A stretch of 64,000 nucleotides of DNA from Eledone cirrhosa (GCA_964016885.1 OZ024743.1:238576001-238640000), one strand, 5' to 3'. Counted from the first letter of the stretch, positions 13,253-26,984 are shown. The notes: a model not told the origin generated them from the sequence alone. Numbers and translations are program-made.

Positions 13253-13870
13253 AAAGTAAGTCCATAGAATCATTTGAAAAAATGTCTAGTTTATGTATAT
13301 GTAAACCTATATATGTTATATACTCCTGTATGGTTGAGTAAAAATTACTAGCAACCAGCCTACTCGCCGTCAGGTACCAATCACAAGCTTTCTGACTTGA
13401 CCACTGGCCATGTGACAATTCTTAGCCATTTTGAATTCGTTTCTGGCGAGGATCATTTAAGAAAAATATTTGTCCAATTGAGTTTGTTTCCTGATGATTT
13501 CGAAACTCGTGAATTTATCCATGATCGGATATTTCCAAAAAGCGAATGAAATCTCATAGGGTAGAAACATAATTTTGGTATGGTTAGGTACATTTTTTCT
13601 TCTAACTTTGATTTTGTACCTAATTGTGTATGGTTGGCTATATGTCGAATCAATTTCTACGGGCTATTAGAAATACTAGGTAAATCTTCTGAGGCTGTTG
13701 ATCGCGGATAAAATAGCTATCATTTATTTATCTATTGCTTCTTCATAGGTACATTTTAAACTTATAGCCTCGTTTAATTGATTTTTTGTGTGGTTAATTA
13801 TGCTGATTGGGAGGACAAATACTGCAAATATTTTATCAAATGATTCTATGGACTTACTTTCTTATATATT
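13245..13870. repeat. Segment bounded by a ~40-bp inverted repeat; terminus resembles the 2330-2450 PLE-type end
   Basis: agaaagtaagtccatagaatcatttg (13251) is inverted relative to caaatgattctatggacttactttct (13837). Confidence 0.7.
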
Positions 13871-14044
13871 GCTCTGACTGTTGATTATTTAATTAATTAA
13901 TTCGTCATTGAGCCACACCGTGATGGTTGCCAAAAACACATATATATATCTAAGGCTCTGTCTAGTGTATGTATATGCAAACCTATATATATATATGCGT
14001 GCGTGTATATATATATATATATATATATTCATATTTTCACCGAC

Positions 14045-14823
14045 AATTCCACATATTACAATGAAGCTCTTGCTCGGAGTGGATTTGTCGATAAGGCAGC
14101 ATATACCGAGTATGAGCATACACCTCGGAAAAATAGATCCCGACGCATTATATGGTATAACCCACCATATAATATGGAGGTGGCCACACCATTTGCTAAG
14201 ATCTTTCTCTCCCCTATTAAGAAGCTTTTCCTCCCAGCACATAAATATAATAACATTTTTAATAGAAATACCATTAACATTTCTTACTCTACGAATCCTA
14301 ACCTTGCACATAACATCACTGCTTCAAATTTAGCTAAATTACCTAGCCGTAGGAATACGTGCAACCCTGTAGCTAGTACTAACTGTTATTGTAGGAATCA
14401 GGTTGACTGCCCCCTATCCGGGAAATACCTCTCCAGTAGCATTGTCTACAAATGTAAGGTTGAAACACCCACTCCCGTAGAGCCTACATAGGGTTAACCG
14501 CCAATAGATTCAACCAGTGTCTTTACATGCATACCCATTCTTTTCTTAACCCTCTAAGAAGGAATATGACGTCACGTTCAGCTTATATCTGGAGTCTAAA
14601 AGACAAGCACACCCAATATAGGTTACACTGGGAGATCCTCGTTAGGGCTAGATCTTATAACGGAAATAAAAGATCATGCAACCTCTGCGCCGCTGAAGCC
14701 CTGGAAATACTCTACGCCAATGACAACATCTTAAACAAAACATCTGAGGCAATTTGGGTTTGTAAACATAAATTGCATAAATCATTCCTGTATTACAGCC
14801 CCACATTACACCCTAACGGATAG
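14045..14823 (+). pseudogene. Penelope-like element linker + GIY-YIG endonuclease remnant
   Basis: Reads RRIIWYNPPY...IFNRNTINISYS...CYCRNQVDCPLSG..IVYKC..(YIGLT, frameshifted), then HTHSF...YIWSLK...WEIL...CNLC..E...LNKTSE...CKHK. Confidence 0.88.
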
Positions 14824-15554
14824 TACGAACAATACGCGGAAATTGTACGTCTTGATGTGGTAGCTAAGTATATTTTATGTTTATACCATTACTTATTTGT
14901 ATAGGTAAGTATATATTACCTGTATGTTTTGTGAAGGTACGTATACTTTCTCGTACGTATATTTGCTTGTATTTGTTATAGGTGTATATATTATATTATA
15001 TATACTGGTACATGTATATTATATTATAATATATATACTGGTACGTGAATTTTGCGTTTGTGTGTGTATGCGGGTTTGCACGTATGTAGGGTGTGTATAT
15101 GTGTACTTTGTGTTTTGGTTGACGTAGTTTAGCGAACATATGTGCATTTACCTGTAGGTATGTGTGTGCGCGCGTTATATACGTATTTATGTGTGTATAC
15201 TTATATACGTTTACATAATTAAATGTATACACGCACACACACACACATATATATATATATATTTATGTATTTTTATGTGTATTTGGTGTATACGTTCGTA
15301 TGTGTGGGGGTACATGTGTAGCGCGGGTTTTTGTATGTGTGCGCGTGTTTTTGTGTACGTGCTTGTATATGCATACCCCTGGCGGGTGTTTTCGCGTATG
15401 CATGTGTATGTACGCGTGCATGGATGCGTGCATGTATATATTTAATTATTGTTGATTTCAATAACCTCCGTAATTTATTTACATTATTCTTAACTCTGAA
15501 GCCGAGAATCATTCGGTTTCCTAAATAGTATTTTAGTTTACGACTTCATTTATC

Positions 15555-15803
15555 CCATAAACGTGGTTTTGTCTTTGCGTGTAATTGTTCTCATCGGTTC
15601 ACATAATGACGTATTATCTTCGGTTTTTTCCGTTTATTACCAGGAAACGTCTCCACGAACCACCTAATAGAATATTAGTCTACGACTCCTTTATACCATA
15701 AACGTGATTTTATCGTTGCATGTAATTGTTCTCAACGCTCCAAATAATGACGTATTATCTTCGCTTTTTTTCCGTTCTTTGCCAGGGAACGTCTTCACGA
15801 ACC
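15555..15803. repeat. Diverged tandem duplication (~140-bp period), possibly internal to a non-autonomous Helitron
   Basis: ccataaacgtg...taatgacgtattatcttcg...cacgaacc occurs twice. Adjacent 15965-16005 matches the Helitron 3'-proximal sequence at 58790-58830. Confidence 0.55.
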
Positions 15804-16207
15804 AAAATATCGTCTTCCTGTTTTCCTTCGGTTGCAACGTTTTTCGAAATATTTACTTCTGTGTTCACAGATTGATTTTCTTTGTTTCAGAAGATCCCGT
15901 TAAGAGTAAAAGCAGCGATTTTTTGCTTAAACTTTAATTTGTTATTTTAATAACTATTTGGTCCAGGGTTCTTATATATTTGATATATATTTTCCTTATC
16001 GAGCCCTATTTGGATTTTAGTCTCCAAATTTATTATTATTACTATTATTATTATTATATATATCACTATATATATTTACGTTCTGTACTCTTGTATATAC
16101 ATTTTTTTCTCCCTTACCTTCCCTTATATTTCACCTTTTCCTATGTCCCCCCCCCATATATTCTTTTTTTGCCTTGCCCTTCACATACCTATGTGTATGT
16201 GTATGTG

Positions 16208-16322
<115 letters not shown>

Positions 16323-16386
16323 ATATATAAATATATATATATATTTGTGTGTGTATATATGTATATGTAGATAGACCAGGTTTTTT

Positions 16387-16440
16387 CATTCTGAAGATTG
16401 AAGGAAAACTTTTTTGCTTTTAAGAAACCACTGGTGAATG
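16387..16440 (+). ncRNA. Type I hammerhead motif with mutated cleavage triplet (GUG)
   Basis: Reads cauu-CUGAAGA-uugaagg...cuuuuaa-GAAAccacuggUG-aaug. It is a paralog of 17702-17755. Confidence 0.6.
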
Positions 16441-16581
16441 GAATAATTGCATTATGTTGCTTATTATTTTATTACTTTACTACAATATATATGTATATGT
16501 AAGGTTCATATGAATTATCTAAGACTGAGTTTTACACACACACACATGTATATGTGTATGTATGTGTATATATATATATAC

Positions 16582-16616
<35 letters not shown>

Positions 16617-17435
16617 TTTTTGGTTGTGCGTGTTTATGATATGTACGTATTTGTATGTGTATAATTGTATAGCTATGTATGTATATGTGTGTGTGTGTAA
16701 GTATACATATATATGTGTGTGTGTATTTTTATATTTTTGTATATATATATATATGTATGTGTATATATATACATATACATATGTGTGTGTATATGTGTGT
16801 GTATAATTGTATACGTGTGCGTGTGCGTGTTTGTGCATGTAATTGTGTATGTGTATGTATGTGTTTATGTATTTGTATATGTATATTTATGTGTGAGAGT
16901 GTGTGTATGTATTTACTATTTCGTACGTATGTATACGTGCATTTGTGTGTATTACTTACCACGCGTGTCTGTCCAGCTACCCGCCGTTCGTATCGCTGTT
17001 AACATTTTGTTTATATATATTTTTTTTCTTATATTTATTTGCGTGTGTGAATATGTAGAGGAGTGCATTTATGTATGTGTATGTATGTACGTGTGTATAT
17101 ATGTATGATTGTGTGCATGTATGTATGTATATGTATGTGTGTATGGCTATGTTTGTGTATGTGTATGCTTGTACACATATATATATATATGTTTATGTAT
17201 ATATATATATATATGTATGTATATATATATGTGTATGTATATGTATTTATATTTATGTTTCTATGTGTATGTATGTGTGTATATATGTGTGTGTGGTTGT
17301 ATATATGTATGTGTATGTATGGATGTGTTGATATTTATGTGCGTATGTATATATGTGTATATGTATGTGTATGTGTGTATTTATATACACATATATGTGT
17401 GTATATATCTGTGTGTGTGTATGTATGAGTGTATG

Positions 17436-17538
<103 letters not shown>

Positions 17539-17701
17539 ATGTATACTTCTGTGTGTGTGTGTGTGCGTGCTTTTGTGTGTGTGTTTGCATGTGTAGTTTT
17601 ATTTTATTTTCCCTTTTCTTCTTCCTTCTCCAGCCTCACTTTCATATAGATTGCAATTTTGTTTTTAAAATCCAAATTCAATAAACAGACCAGGATTTGT
17701 T

Positions 17702-17755
17702 CATTCTGAGGATTGAAAGCAAAATCTTTTGCTTTTAAGAAACCACTGGTAAATG
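17702..17755 (+). ncRNA. Type I hammerhead ribozyme
   Basis: Reads cauu-CUGAGGA-uugaaagcaaaa/uuuugcuuuuaa-GAAAcc-acu-ggUA-aaug. All three stems and the core are intact, with a GUA site. Confidence 0.8.
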
Positions 17756-18424
17756 GAATAATTGCCTTATGTTGTTTATTACATAACTATATATATATAT
17801 ATATAAATATAATTATATATTTCGTTTCTGAATTTGTTTAGCAAGATTCTTTATCTGAAATCGTGTGTTGAAACCGATATTGTTATACTTTGGGAGGGTC
17901 ATGTTGCCAATAAGAAACACACGCACCAGTTGCTTTCACTTCAATTTATTATATATTTATAAATTTACAAACTTATAAATTTCTGGTTGGCTGGTTGGTT
18001 CCACAACCAGATAGTTGTTTATATATAGTCATAGTCCTTTCGTCACACACTCTGTGACCTCTTCAGTGACTGGGGATTCCTTTCCTTTGTTTCTGTGCCT
18101 TTCCTTTCTTCTATCCTACGCCATTTTGTTTTTGTGTGTGTGTTGTGTGCTCAGTTTGCGCATGCGCCACATCCGGGTGTCTGTGTGTGTTTGAGTTCAT
18201 TTATCTATTTGTTTATTTATTTATTTATTTATTGTTGGTTGGTTGTTTGTTCTATGTGTGTGTGTGTTTTCATTTTGTCCTGTGTGTGTTTTCATTTTGT
18301 CCTTAATTGTAAGTTGTTTGTTCTATGTGTGTGTGTGTTTTCATTTTGTCCTGTGTGTGTTTTCATTTTGTCCTTAATTGTAAGTTGTGATGTTGCTGTT
18401 CCACTCATATTTTCTATTTAATTA

Positions 18425-18931
18425 GGCGAACTAGCCTACAAATTTAGAAGGGCCCTAAATAAACATAATCTCAATATTAAGATAGTAGAAAGACCAGGTA
18501 CCTCCGTAAAAACACTTATTAGCAAGACATACCCGTTCCAAAGACCCTCATGTATAGAGAAATGTATAACCTGTAAAATAAGCCCCCATATTAACTGTAA
18601 AACTAGAAATGTAGTGTATAGCATAAGATGTACAGAAGGACAATGTAGAAACAAAAATATAGTGTACATAGGTGAGACAGCTCGTAGTATAGGGGAACGA
18701 ATAAATGAACACTGGCGAGACCTCCAAGATAATAAAGAATCATCTGTGCTCTACCAACATGCTAAGATAGAACACAGGGGTAGACTAGAGAACATAGAAA
18801 TAAAAATAGAATCCACACACAGAAAAGACGCAATGTTTAGGCAAATTACAGAGGCAGTAAGCATAAAAGAATTAAAACCAAAATTAAATAGAAAATATGA
18901 GTGGAACAGCAACATCACAACTTACAATTAA
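18425..18931 (+). pseudogene. PLE Cys-rich linker + GIY-YIG endonuclease (uninterrupted, 5'-truncated frame)
   Basis: Reads GELAYKFRRAL...KIVERPGTSVK...CIEKCITC...NCKTRNVVYSIRC..QC...VYIGETARSIGERINEH...RQITEAVSI...LNRKYEW. Confidence 0.92.
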
Positions 18932-19233
18932 GGACAAAATGAAAACACACACAGGACAAAATGAAAACACACACACACATAGAACAAACAACTTACAATT
19001 AAGGACAAAATGAAAACACACACAGGACAAAATGAAAACACACACACACATAGAACAAACAACCAACCAACAATAAATAAATAAATAAATAAACAAATAG
19101 ATAAATGAACTCAAACACACACAGACACCCGGATGTGGCGCATGCGCAAACTGAGCACACAACACACACACAGAAACAAAATGGCGTAGGATAGAAGAAA
19201 GGAAAGGCACAGAAACAAAGGAAAGGAATCCCC

Positions 19234-19278
19234 AGTCACTGAAGAGGTCACAGAGTGTGTGACGAAAGGACTATGACT
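19234..19278 (+). ncRNA. Hammerhead-like motif in the PLE terminal repeat (mirror copy 18027-18071 on -, paralog 23132-23174 on -)
   Basis: Reads aguca-CUGAAGA-g-gucaca/ugugac-GAAAggacUA-ugacu. The paralog has CUGAUGA. Confidence 0.65.
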
Positions 19279-19477
19279 ATATATAAACAACTATCTGGTT
19301 GTGGAACCAACCAACCAACCAGAAATTTATAAGTTTGTAAATTTATAAATATATAATAAATTGAAGTGAAAGCAACTGGTGCGTGTGTTTCTTATTGGCA
19401 ACATGACCCTCCCAAAGTATAACAATATAATTATATATATATATATAGAAATATAATTATATATATATATACTTACA

Positions 19478-19759
<282 letters not shown>

Positions 19760-19935
19760 AACAGAAATCGATGATGTTGCAGTAGATGGTATCAGAATAT
19801 AATCTGAGGTAATTTGGCAAACTAACCACCAGGTTAACTTACATTCTTAAAGATTAAGTCATGAAATTAATTATCTACCGTTTATGTTTCACCTGCCCCT
19901 TTCATATCTACAGCACTTATACATACATATATATA

Positions 19936-20813
19936 TTGATAAATATGCTGGGTCCGTCAACTCCTTATTATTATTATCTTCCAACTAGCGGACTATTGAG
20001 AGGAAGTTAAACAATTTTTCACTTTTCTTATTGTTTTTGTTTTGATATGCGCTCTAATTTCCTGCTATTAATTTTACGTCTCACTCTTTTAAGTTGTGAG
20101 ATAGAATGGTTTTTACGCACGCGGCTGCCACATTTTAGCTCGCTATTATATATCGCTCTATAATAGATAATGGTTTAAACTCCGTTAAAGGTTCTTGGCT
20201 CTACCATTGTTACTATCACTTTCCTCTAGCCATGGGACTTGGAGACATGAGCCGAATGCTACCATTGTATTATACATCGATGTGGACTGCCATTTCTAAT
20301 AACCATATTTTCACCTCTTAGTAATTTGTGTGTGAGACACGTTGGCTGAGTCTTTTGACGGGAAAGAAAAGATTGGTTTCCTATTCTCCCGCCACCGTGT
20401 AAAGTTTGTAAATCGGTGGCTAGTCGAGGGACAGAGTTGTATCGTGTTCCAGTTGCTAATCGCTTTACCGTGTCGGTTGTCACAAACAGTCATGACCGGC
20501 ATGGGCTGGGATTTGGATTCTGTCGATCGATTGGTTATTGATTAGGCGATACCCGCTGATGAAGCCGCATAAGCCGATTATGCATTGTTGCATAATATAT
20601 GCAGACGAGGGGTGCAGTGCATCTTACTACTACATTAAGTGTGGCCGAAACTCGAATCCGGGAACTATTATAGGCACCCGTTTTACGTGTGTTGTATTGA
20701 AGGGAATAACTATGTGTATACTCTGGAATGTATCTTACATTGCCTATTGAGTACGCTGAGATACAACCGATCTTGGCATTGATAAATATGCTGGGTCCGT
20801 CAACTCCTTATTA
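19936..20813 (+). mobile_element. Non-coding PLE-like unit with 35-bp terminal direct repeats and an extended hammerhead motif
   Basis: ttgataaatatgctgggtccgtcaactccttatta occurs at both ends, with (TA)n flanks. A hammerhead-like ccg-CUGAUGA-agccgcau...guguggcc-GAAAcucgaaUC-cgg lies at 20553-20661. Confidence 0.6.
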
Positions 20814-20829
20814 TATATATATATATATA

Positions 20830-21023
20830 TATATTTAACAAAGAGGGTGTGATATACAATCTGGTGGCCCATAACACACCAGAGTACTCGATACTTGGGG
20901 TAGTAGAGTGGGTAATAGGAAAAGATTCAGGACCCCGACGACCGTTTCGACAGCTAGATCCGAACGTTGGGATCTAGCTGTCGAAACGGCTGGATCTCAG
21001 CCGTCGGGGTCCTGAATCTTTCC
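20830..21023 (-). mobile_element. Hairpin element family copy 1 (palindromised hammerhead + tail)
   Basis: Homologous to 50658-50830 and 52020-52222; hairpin at ~20908-21023. Confidence 0.8.
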
Positions 21024-21174
21024 ATATATATATATAAATATGCAGAGTGGCTGATCAGTCATATCTGCATATTAGCAGATCCACTGATCAGCCAGATTTG
21101 CATATTAGCAGACTGGCAAGTCAGTTTCCTGTATACGAGCGATCAATGGCCGGCTTTGCTACATTCAAATAATA

Positions 21175-21345
21175 AAAAAAGAATTAATAGAAATTAAAAA
21201 GATTTAAAATTAACTGTTGGAGTAAGTTTTTTTCCATCTGTCTTACTTAGTTCACTTCTGAACAAGGAAGTTGGGAAAAAAACTTACTCCAACACTTAAT
21301 TTTAAATCTTTAATTTTTAGTTTTTAATTCCTATTAATTCTTTTA
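21175..21345. repeat. AT-rich inverted repeat
   Basis: gaattaatag...tgttggagtaagttttttttcc is inverted relative to ggaaaaaaacttactccaaca...ctattaattc. Confidence 0.75.
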
Positions 21346-21571
21346 ATTGTAATACTCAGCATTTGATAAGATGAATTTTAATAATACGTCGAAACCGGAA
21401 ATACTTTATATACTTTATATACATAATAAAACTTGTTTTTTTTTTAAATTGTCCCTCTCAACTTTTCAATAATGTCACTTTGACGAATCAAAGAAAGGAA
21501 AAAAAAAAGAAAAACAGACCCTTAAATATATTTTCCGTGCTATTTCCAACTTCACTTTCTCCCTCTCTCTC

Positions 21572-21668
<97 letters not shown>

Positions 21669-22254
21669 TGTGTGTGTTTATGGTATGAGAAGACCGGGAG
21701 GAACGAAGGTGAGGGTAGGAATCAATGTTTGTTTATGTACAGAGTTGTCATTGTAATTGTGATATATATATATATATATATAAAAGAATGAAATGAAATG
21801 AAATCTCTCACTCTTAGTACGGCTGATACTTAAATATAAGATGTATACAGACGTGCAGTAGTATGTATATATATACATACCTGCACACATATGTATATAT
21901 GTACGTATGGGTTTACCGAACATTTATTATGTCAGTGTTGAACAAAATGGCAACGATGGTTGCCGAACACTGTAATAAATGTTCGATAAACCCATACGTA
22001 CATATATATGTGTGCATGTATGTATATATATATATATATACTACTGTACGTCTGTATACATATATGTATGTACGTATACATACTTATATTTATATATATA
22101 TATATGACCTCCGATCTTTTAATAATAATAATATATATACATATATATTTGTATATATATATATATATTATATATATATATATATAAATATATTTATACG
22201 TGTGGTGCTGAGGGAATAAGTAATCAATGCCGAATTAGAGTTTAATAATTGTTT

Positions 22255-22435
22255 CTGCTATTGGCACAAGGCGAGCAATTAACCAGTACATTACTGGTAC
22301 TTTATTTTATCGACCCCGTAAGGATGAAAGGCAAAGTTAACCTCGGTGGGATTTGAACTCAGAATGGCAAGGGCCGTAACAATATACGTCAAAGCAAGGC
22401 GTCCGAACCTCTACCGATACTGCCAATTCACTGCT
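22255..22435 (-). mobile_element. SINE family A copy
   Basis: Contains ttactggtactttattttatcgaccccgtaaggatgaaaggcaaag..acctcggtgggatttgaactcag; the B-box gagttcaaatcc is on the minus strand. Confidence 0.88.
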
Positions 22436-22658
22436 CTCTAGAGTTAGAATTTGATAATATTATTTAGTTTTGCATATCTGAGAACAAAACGTTGAATAAT
22501 GCTGCTAATTTTAGTTCCAATATCAACATGTTTATAATATACAGCTATTATCAGCGACCTGATTTTGCGTGTGTGTCATTTTAACGGCTTGACCGCATGC
22601 GTTGGGCAGGAAGCGAAATATTTACTTACTGTAGGGCTTTCAACCTGTGTGGAAATAG

Positions 22659-22739
22659 GCTGTCTGAAGATTCATTTCTTTCCATTGGAAATTCTCTGGA
22701 TTTCCAATCTTTTGGAATGATGAAACCGTCGGTAACAGC
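22659..22739 (+). ncRNA. Type I hammerhead motif with long stem II
   Basis: Reads gcugu-CUGAAGA-uucauu...auuggaaau/auuuccaau...aaugau-GAAAcc-guc-ggUA-acagc. Confidence 0.7.
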
Positions 22740-22914
22740 AATAGAACAGGTGATTATTTAAATCGTTTTTTATTTTATTTAGAGAATTGTTTGATAACCG
22801 CTTGCTCCGCTACTTTTTATATTGTTCTGGTATCTCGAATTAGTACCATTACTTGCATATTTCTACAAGTACATAGTACCTGTTGAAGTATTCATCCACT
22901 TTTATATATATATA

Positions 22915-23287
22915 TATATTTCGTTTCTGAATTTGTTTAGCAAGATTCTTTATCTGAAAACGTGTGTTGAAACCGATATTCTTATACTTTGTGAGGGTCA
23001 TGTTGCCAAGAAGAAACACACGCACCAGCTGTTTTCACAACAATTTATTATAAATTAAATTCATAAATTTAGGAATTTATACATTTCCGGTTGGTTGGTT
23101 GGTTCCATAACCAGACGATTGTTCATATATTGTCAAAGTTCTTTCGTCACACATTCTGTGACCTCATCAGTGACTGGGCATTCTTTTCTTTGATTTTGTG
23201 CCTCTCCTTTGTTCTGTCTTACGCCATCTTGTTTTTGTTATATGTTTAGTTTGCGCATGTGTTACATCCGGGTGTCTGTGTGTGTTT
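22915..23287 (-). mobile_element. Diverged copy of the PLE terminal repeat seen at 17815-18190
   Basis: ttcgtttctgaatttgtttagcaagattctttatctgaaa...catccgggtgtctgtgtgtgttt is shared. Confidence 0.88.
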
Positions 23288-23289
23288 AT

Positions 23290-24089
23290 ATAAGGTACGC
23301 TATAACTCGCACTCTTTTTCCTTCCGAGACGCTAGCAACAGATGTTCGACATCGCTAGCTACGCTCATTAAAAACCTTAAATTAAACAACGTTCAACACT
23401 CACTAAAATGGGATATCGTGGCTAGGGCCCAACCGTTCAATGAACGAAGAAAATCTTGTGATCTCTGTGTTACGGAAGCACATTACATAACTCTATCACG
23501 ACCTCTACCGATTAACGATAGAACGGGGGTAACCATTAGCTGTCAACATCAAAGGGCTAATTCCTTCGCCAATAGAATTTTTGACCCAACTTAGTCATGT
23601 AGCCCCATTTTTACTTGTAGCTAATAAGTTAAATTGCTATGAACAACTCGATAATTATAAGTTACCACTCCTACATTGTCTCTCCATTAAAAAATTTAAA
23701 AATTAGTACTTAACTATAAACACTCACAATTTCTAATCTCTCGAGAAGTTACTTCCTCTGAAACCACCCTCTAATTAGTAAGGTAAATATGCCCTTTGGC
23801 AGCCATCTTGTTACCCATAGGATGATCTCACACAATAGAGCCTCGACAGATGAATACTGCTTGATTATGGCTGACAACTGATGCAACCAAGACACCGTAG
23901 TAAAAACCAATATATGGAACATTATATTATGTAACATTATCCCATTATTTTAATTTATATTCCTTTGAAGTTCCGATGAGCCACTCTGTTTTTTAAATAT
24001 GTTAATTATTTTCAACTGAACCAGATCAATTATGATATATAGACATCTTATCCAGAAATATTATATGGAGTAGCGAAACAATTGTAAAC
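23290..24089 (+). mobile_element. PLE 3' fragment: GIY-YIG C-terminus and 3' UTR with a degenerate hammerhead (23970-24089)
   Basis: Reads KVRYNSHSFSF...TSLATLIKNLK...WDIVARAQPF...CDLCVTE...SCQHQ. Downstream is guu-CCGAUGA-gccacuc...gaguagc-GAAAcaauugUA-aac. Confidence 0.75.
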
Positions 24090-24398
24090 AGACATTATTA
24101 TTATTAATATTATTATTATTATTATTGTCTACATTCCTTACATCAAACTAAAATATGTTGAGAATCTTTTAATAATGTCTTCCTTGTGAAGTTTGTGGTC
24201 TTGTTTTGCTTAACTAATGAATATTTCCATCTCTGCGCACCTAACTTCTGCACGAAACATCCACCTATCTGTTTTCTACTGCATATTGCACATTGAGCAC
24301 ATGCCTTTACGCTTTGGCTTCTAACTAACTCACCAATCTCTCCTCTCATATCTCCTCTACTATCTCCATCTCTCTCTTTAAGATTGGTTACTCTTGAA

Positions 24399-24475
<77 letters not shown>

Positions 24476-24487
24476 TATACATACATA

Positions 24488-24537
<50 letters not shown>

Positions 24538-24547
24538 CACACACACA

Positions 24548-24594
<47 letters not shown>

Positions 24595-24672
24595 TGCCCC
24601 TTGTTATCGAGTATGGCCATTGCACGAGGAGAAAAAAAAAGAAATTAATAAATAAATAAAAAATAAAATAAA

Positions 24673-24767
<95 letters not shown>

Positions 24768-24775
24768 TTAATAAC

Positions 24776-24807
<32 letters not shown>

Positions 24808-24912
24808 TAATAATAATAACGACAACAACAATAATAATATACATATACATATATATATACACACACGCACACACAAGCATATCTATACACACACAAACAC
24901 ACACGATAGCAA

Positions 24913-26135
24913 CTAACAGCGCTGCGATCGAATGTAGCTTTTTAGCCCAGCCAATGATCTAAAATGTCTTGCACAGAGTCGGCAACCAAAACATTCACTG
25001 GGAATAGTCGGCTGTGGTTGGAGTTCGTGTACTTTTGCATGTCGCTTGAGCCCTCCTGCTGATTTACATTCTCTACCACATGTTTGGCAAGCATGATGAG
25101 TAGCATCTCCAACAGCAGCCTGGTAGTCAACCACTGGTCTTACTTTATGACTGCGAAGATGACTTTCGAGTCCAGCTTTGCTTAGGCAGAGTCTCGCACA
25201 GACGCTGCATGTCAACACCATAGGAGGACCCTCGCCGTCTGGAAGTGCAACAGCAATGCCCTTCCTCACATCCCGCTTTACTTTCTCGTATGCGATTCGA
25301 GATGCCTCAAAGGCAACTTTTCCCTCATATACAGTCTTTCTCCATTTATTACGATCAGCAGCAACATTTTCCCATGTATCAGCAGAGATGTTAGCGTCTT
25401 TCAGAGAGGCTTTCAAGGAATCCTTATACCTCTTTTTTGGTTTATGTGGCGGTCGTTTTCCTTTAACCAACTCTCCATAAAAGAGTTGTTTTGGTATTCT
25501 AGAATCCTTCATCCTGGCAAGGTGACCACTCCAACAGGATCGTTGCTTAAGCACAAGAGCTTCTATACTGTCAAAATCTCGACATCACTGATGTGGTCCC
25601 TCCAGTGAACGCCATGGATCCGTCTGAGACACATCTGATGGAAACGCTCCAATTGCTTAAGGTTGTGTCGATATGTGACCCAGGTCTCGCAGGCATAAAG
25701 AAGACAAGAGAGCACACATGCCCTGTACACCTTTACCTTTGTCCTCCTGCATATGTCTCGCCGACCCCAGAGTCACCTTTCTAGCTTTCCGAAAGCATCA
25801 CTTGCTTTCCTAATCCTAAGTGAGATTTCACTGTCAAGGTTGCTATATCGATTGACTGTGCTTCCCAGGTAGACAAACTGATCAACCACTCCAAGTCGTT
25901 TGCCATACACATAGATGTTTGGTTCAGTGTACTGCTTACCAGGGGCAGGTTGGTACATGACGACGGTTTTCTTGAGACTGACAGTCAATCCTAGGGCAGT
26001 GCAAGCGTCAGAAAATGCATTCAAAATGTGCTGCATATCACTCTCTGTGTGCGCTAGAAGATCGCAATCATCTGCATACAAGAGGTCTCTTATGATTGAT
26101 GTAAATACTTTTGTCTTCGCAAATCTTAAATATGC
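24913..26135 (-). mobile_element. RTE (BovB-like) LINE 3' fragment: RT + C-terminus with three C2H2-type zinc fingers
   Basis: ORF 25773-26189 reads DLLYADD...LGLTVSLKKT...FVYLGS. ORF 24913-25554 reads WSGHLARMKDSRIPKQLFYGEL...DRNKWR followed by three CxxC...GLxxH units. Confidence 0.92.
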
Positions 26136-26941
26136 TGCCTGAGGTTCGATATCGGATGTAAACACCATGCTCGCAATTCCTGAATGCAATACAGGTAGCT
26201 TATAGATAGGACAACAGACGGTGTCTCTTCGTGGGGTAAGTTTTTAATTAATTTTTGTATTCTGAAACATCAAAATACAACAATTTGTTGGTCACTGGAC
26301 TCGGGAATGTCACGACAGAAGTTTGTGGAAGTTACACAAATATTTTAGTATATTTTAGCAGAGCAATCCTTATTTATATTTTACATTTTACATTTACTTA
26401 CATCTCAATATAACATGGCTAAAATTCAAATTTTGCATATAGAAGAAAACGGACAATTGAACTAGATACATCTCACTGTCCCCCACCACCACAATAACGT
26501 CTACACTCTCTCCCCACCATCACATGTCATTACCCTATCTAGACTAAAGTCATCGACCTGTTGTCAAACTCTCTACTCTCTGTTGAATGTGTATATATAT
26601 ATATATATGTATGTATATGTGTGTATATACATCACACAGTCAAACGACCAGATTTCAACCCCAACATCTACAACAACAACACCGGGACTAATGTTTACAG
26701 CAACAACAGCTTCAGAATGAACTGAAATGAACATTTACAACAACAACAGCGGCATCAAAAGATAAAAAAAACAACAAAAACAAAAAAACAAAACAAACAA
26801 ACAAACAAAAAACTCAAAATAACAAAACACACACACACACGCACACAACAACAACATCAACTGCCACTACCACCACCACCGTCGCCACCGCCGCCATCAC
26901 CATCACCATCGACCGGGCTTTAAGAAAACAACTTTAATAAT

Positions 26942-26984
<43 letters not shown>

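Larger units (their letters stand above)
17805..19428 (+). mobile_element. Young 5'-truncated Penelope-like element with 547-bp inverted terminal arms (17877-18423 / 18882-19428)
   Basis: The arms are near-identical reverse complements; ORFs 18095-18421(+) and 18884-19210(-) differ by one residue. The GIY-YIG frame lies between them and (TA)n flanks both sides. Confidence 0.92.

Noticed and set aside
13491-13507. CTGATGAtttcGAAAC hammerhead core
   Set aside because: There is no room for stem II and no convincing stem I or stem III.
26190-26245. Possible micro-exon (cag|...ggg|gtaagt)
   Set aside because: Splice-like motifs alone are not enough; there is no partner exon or recognisable peptide.
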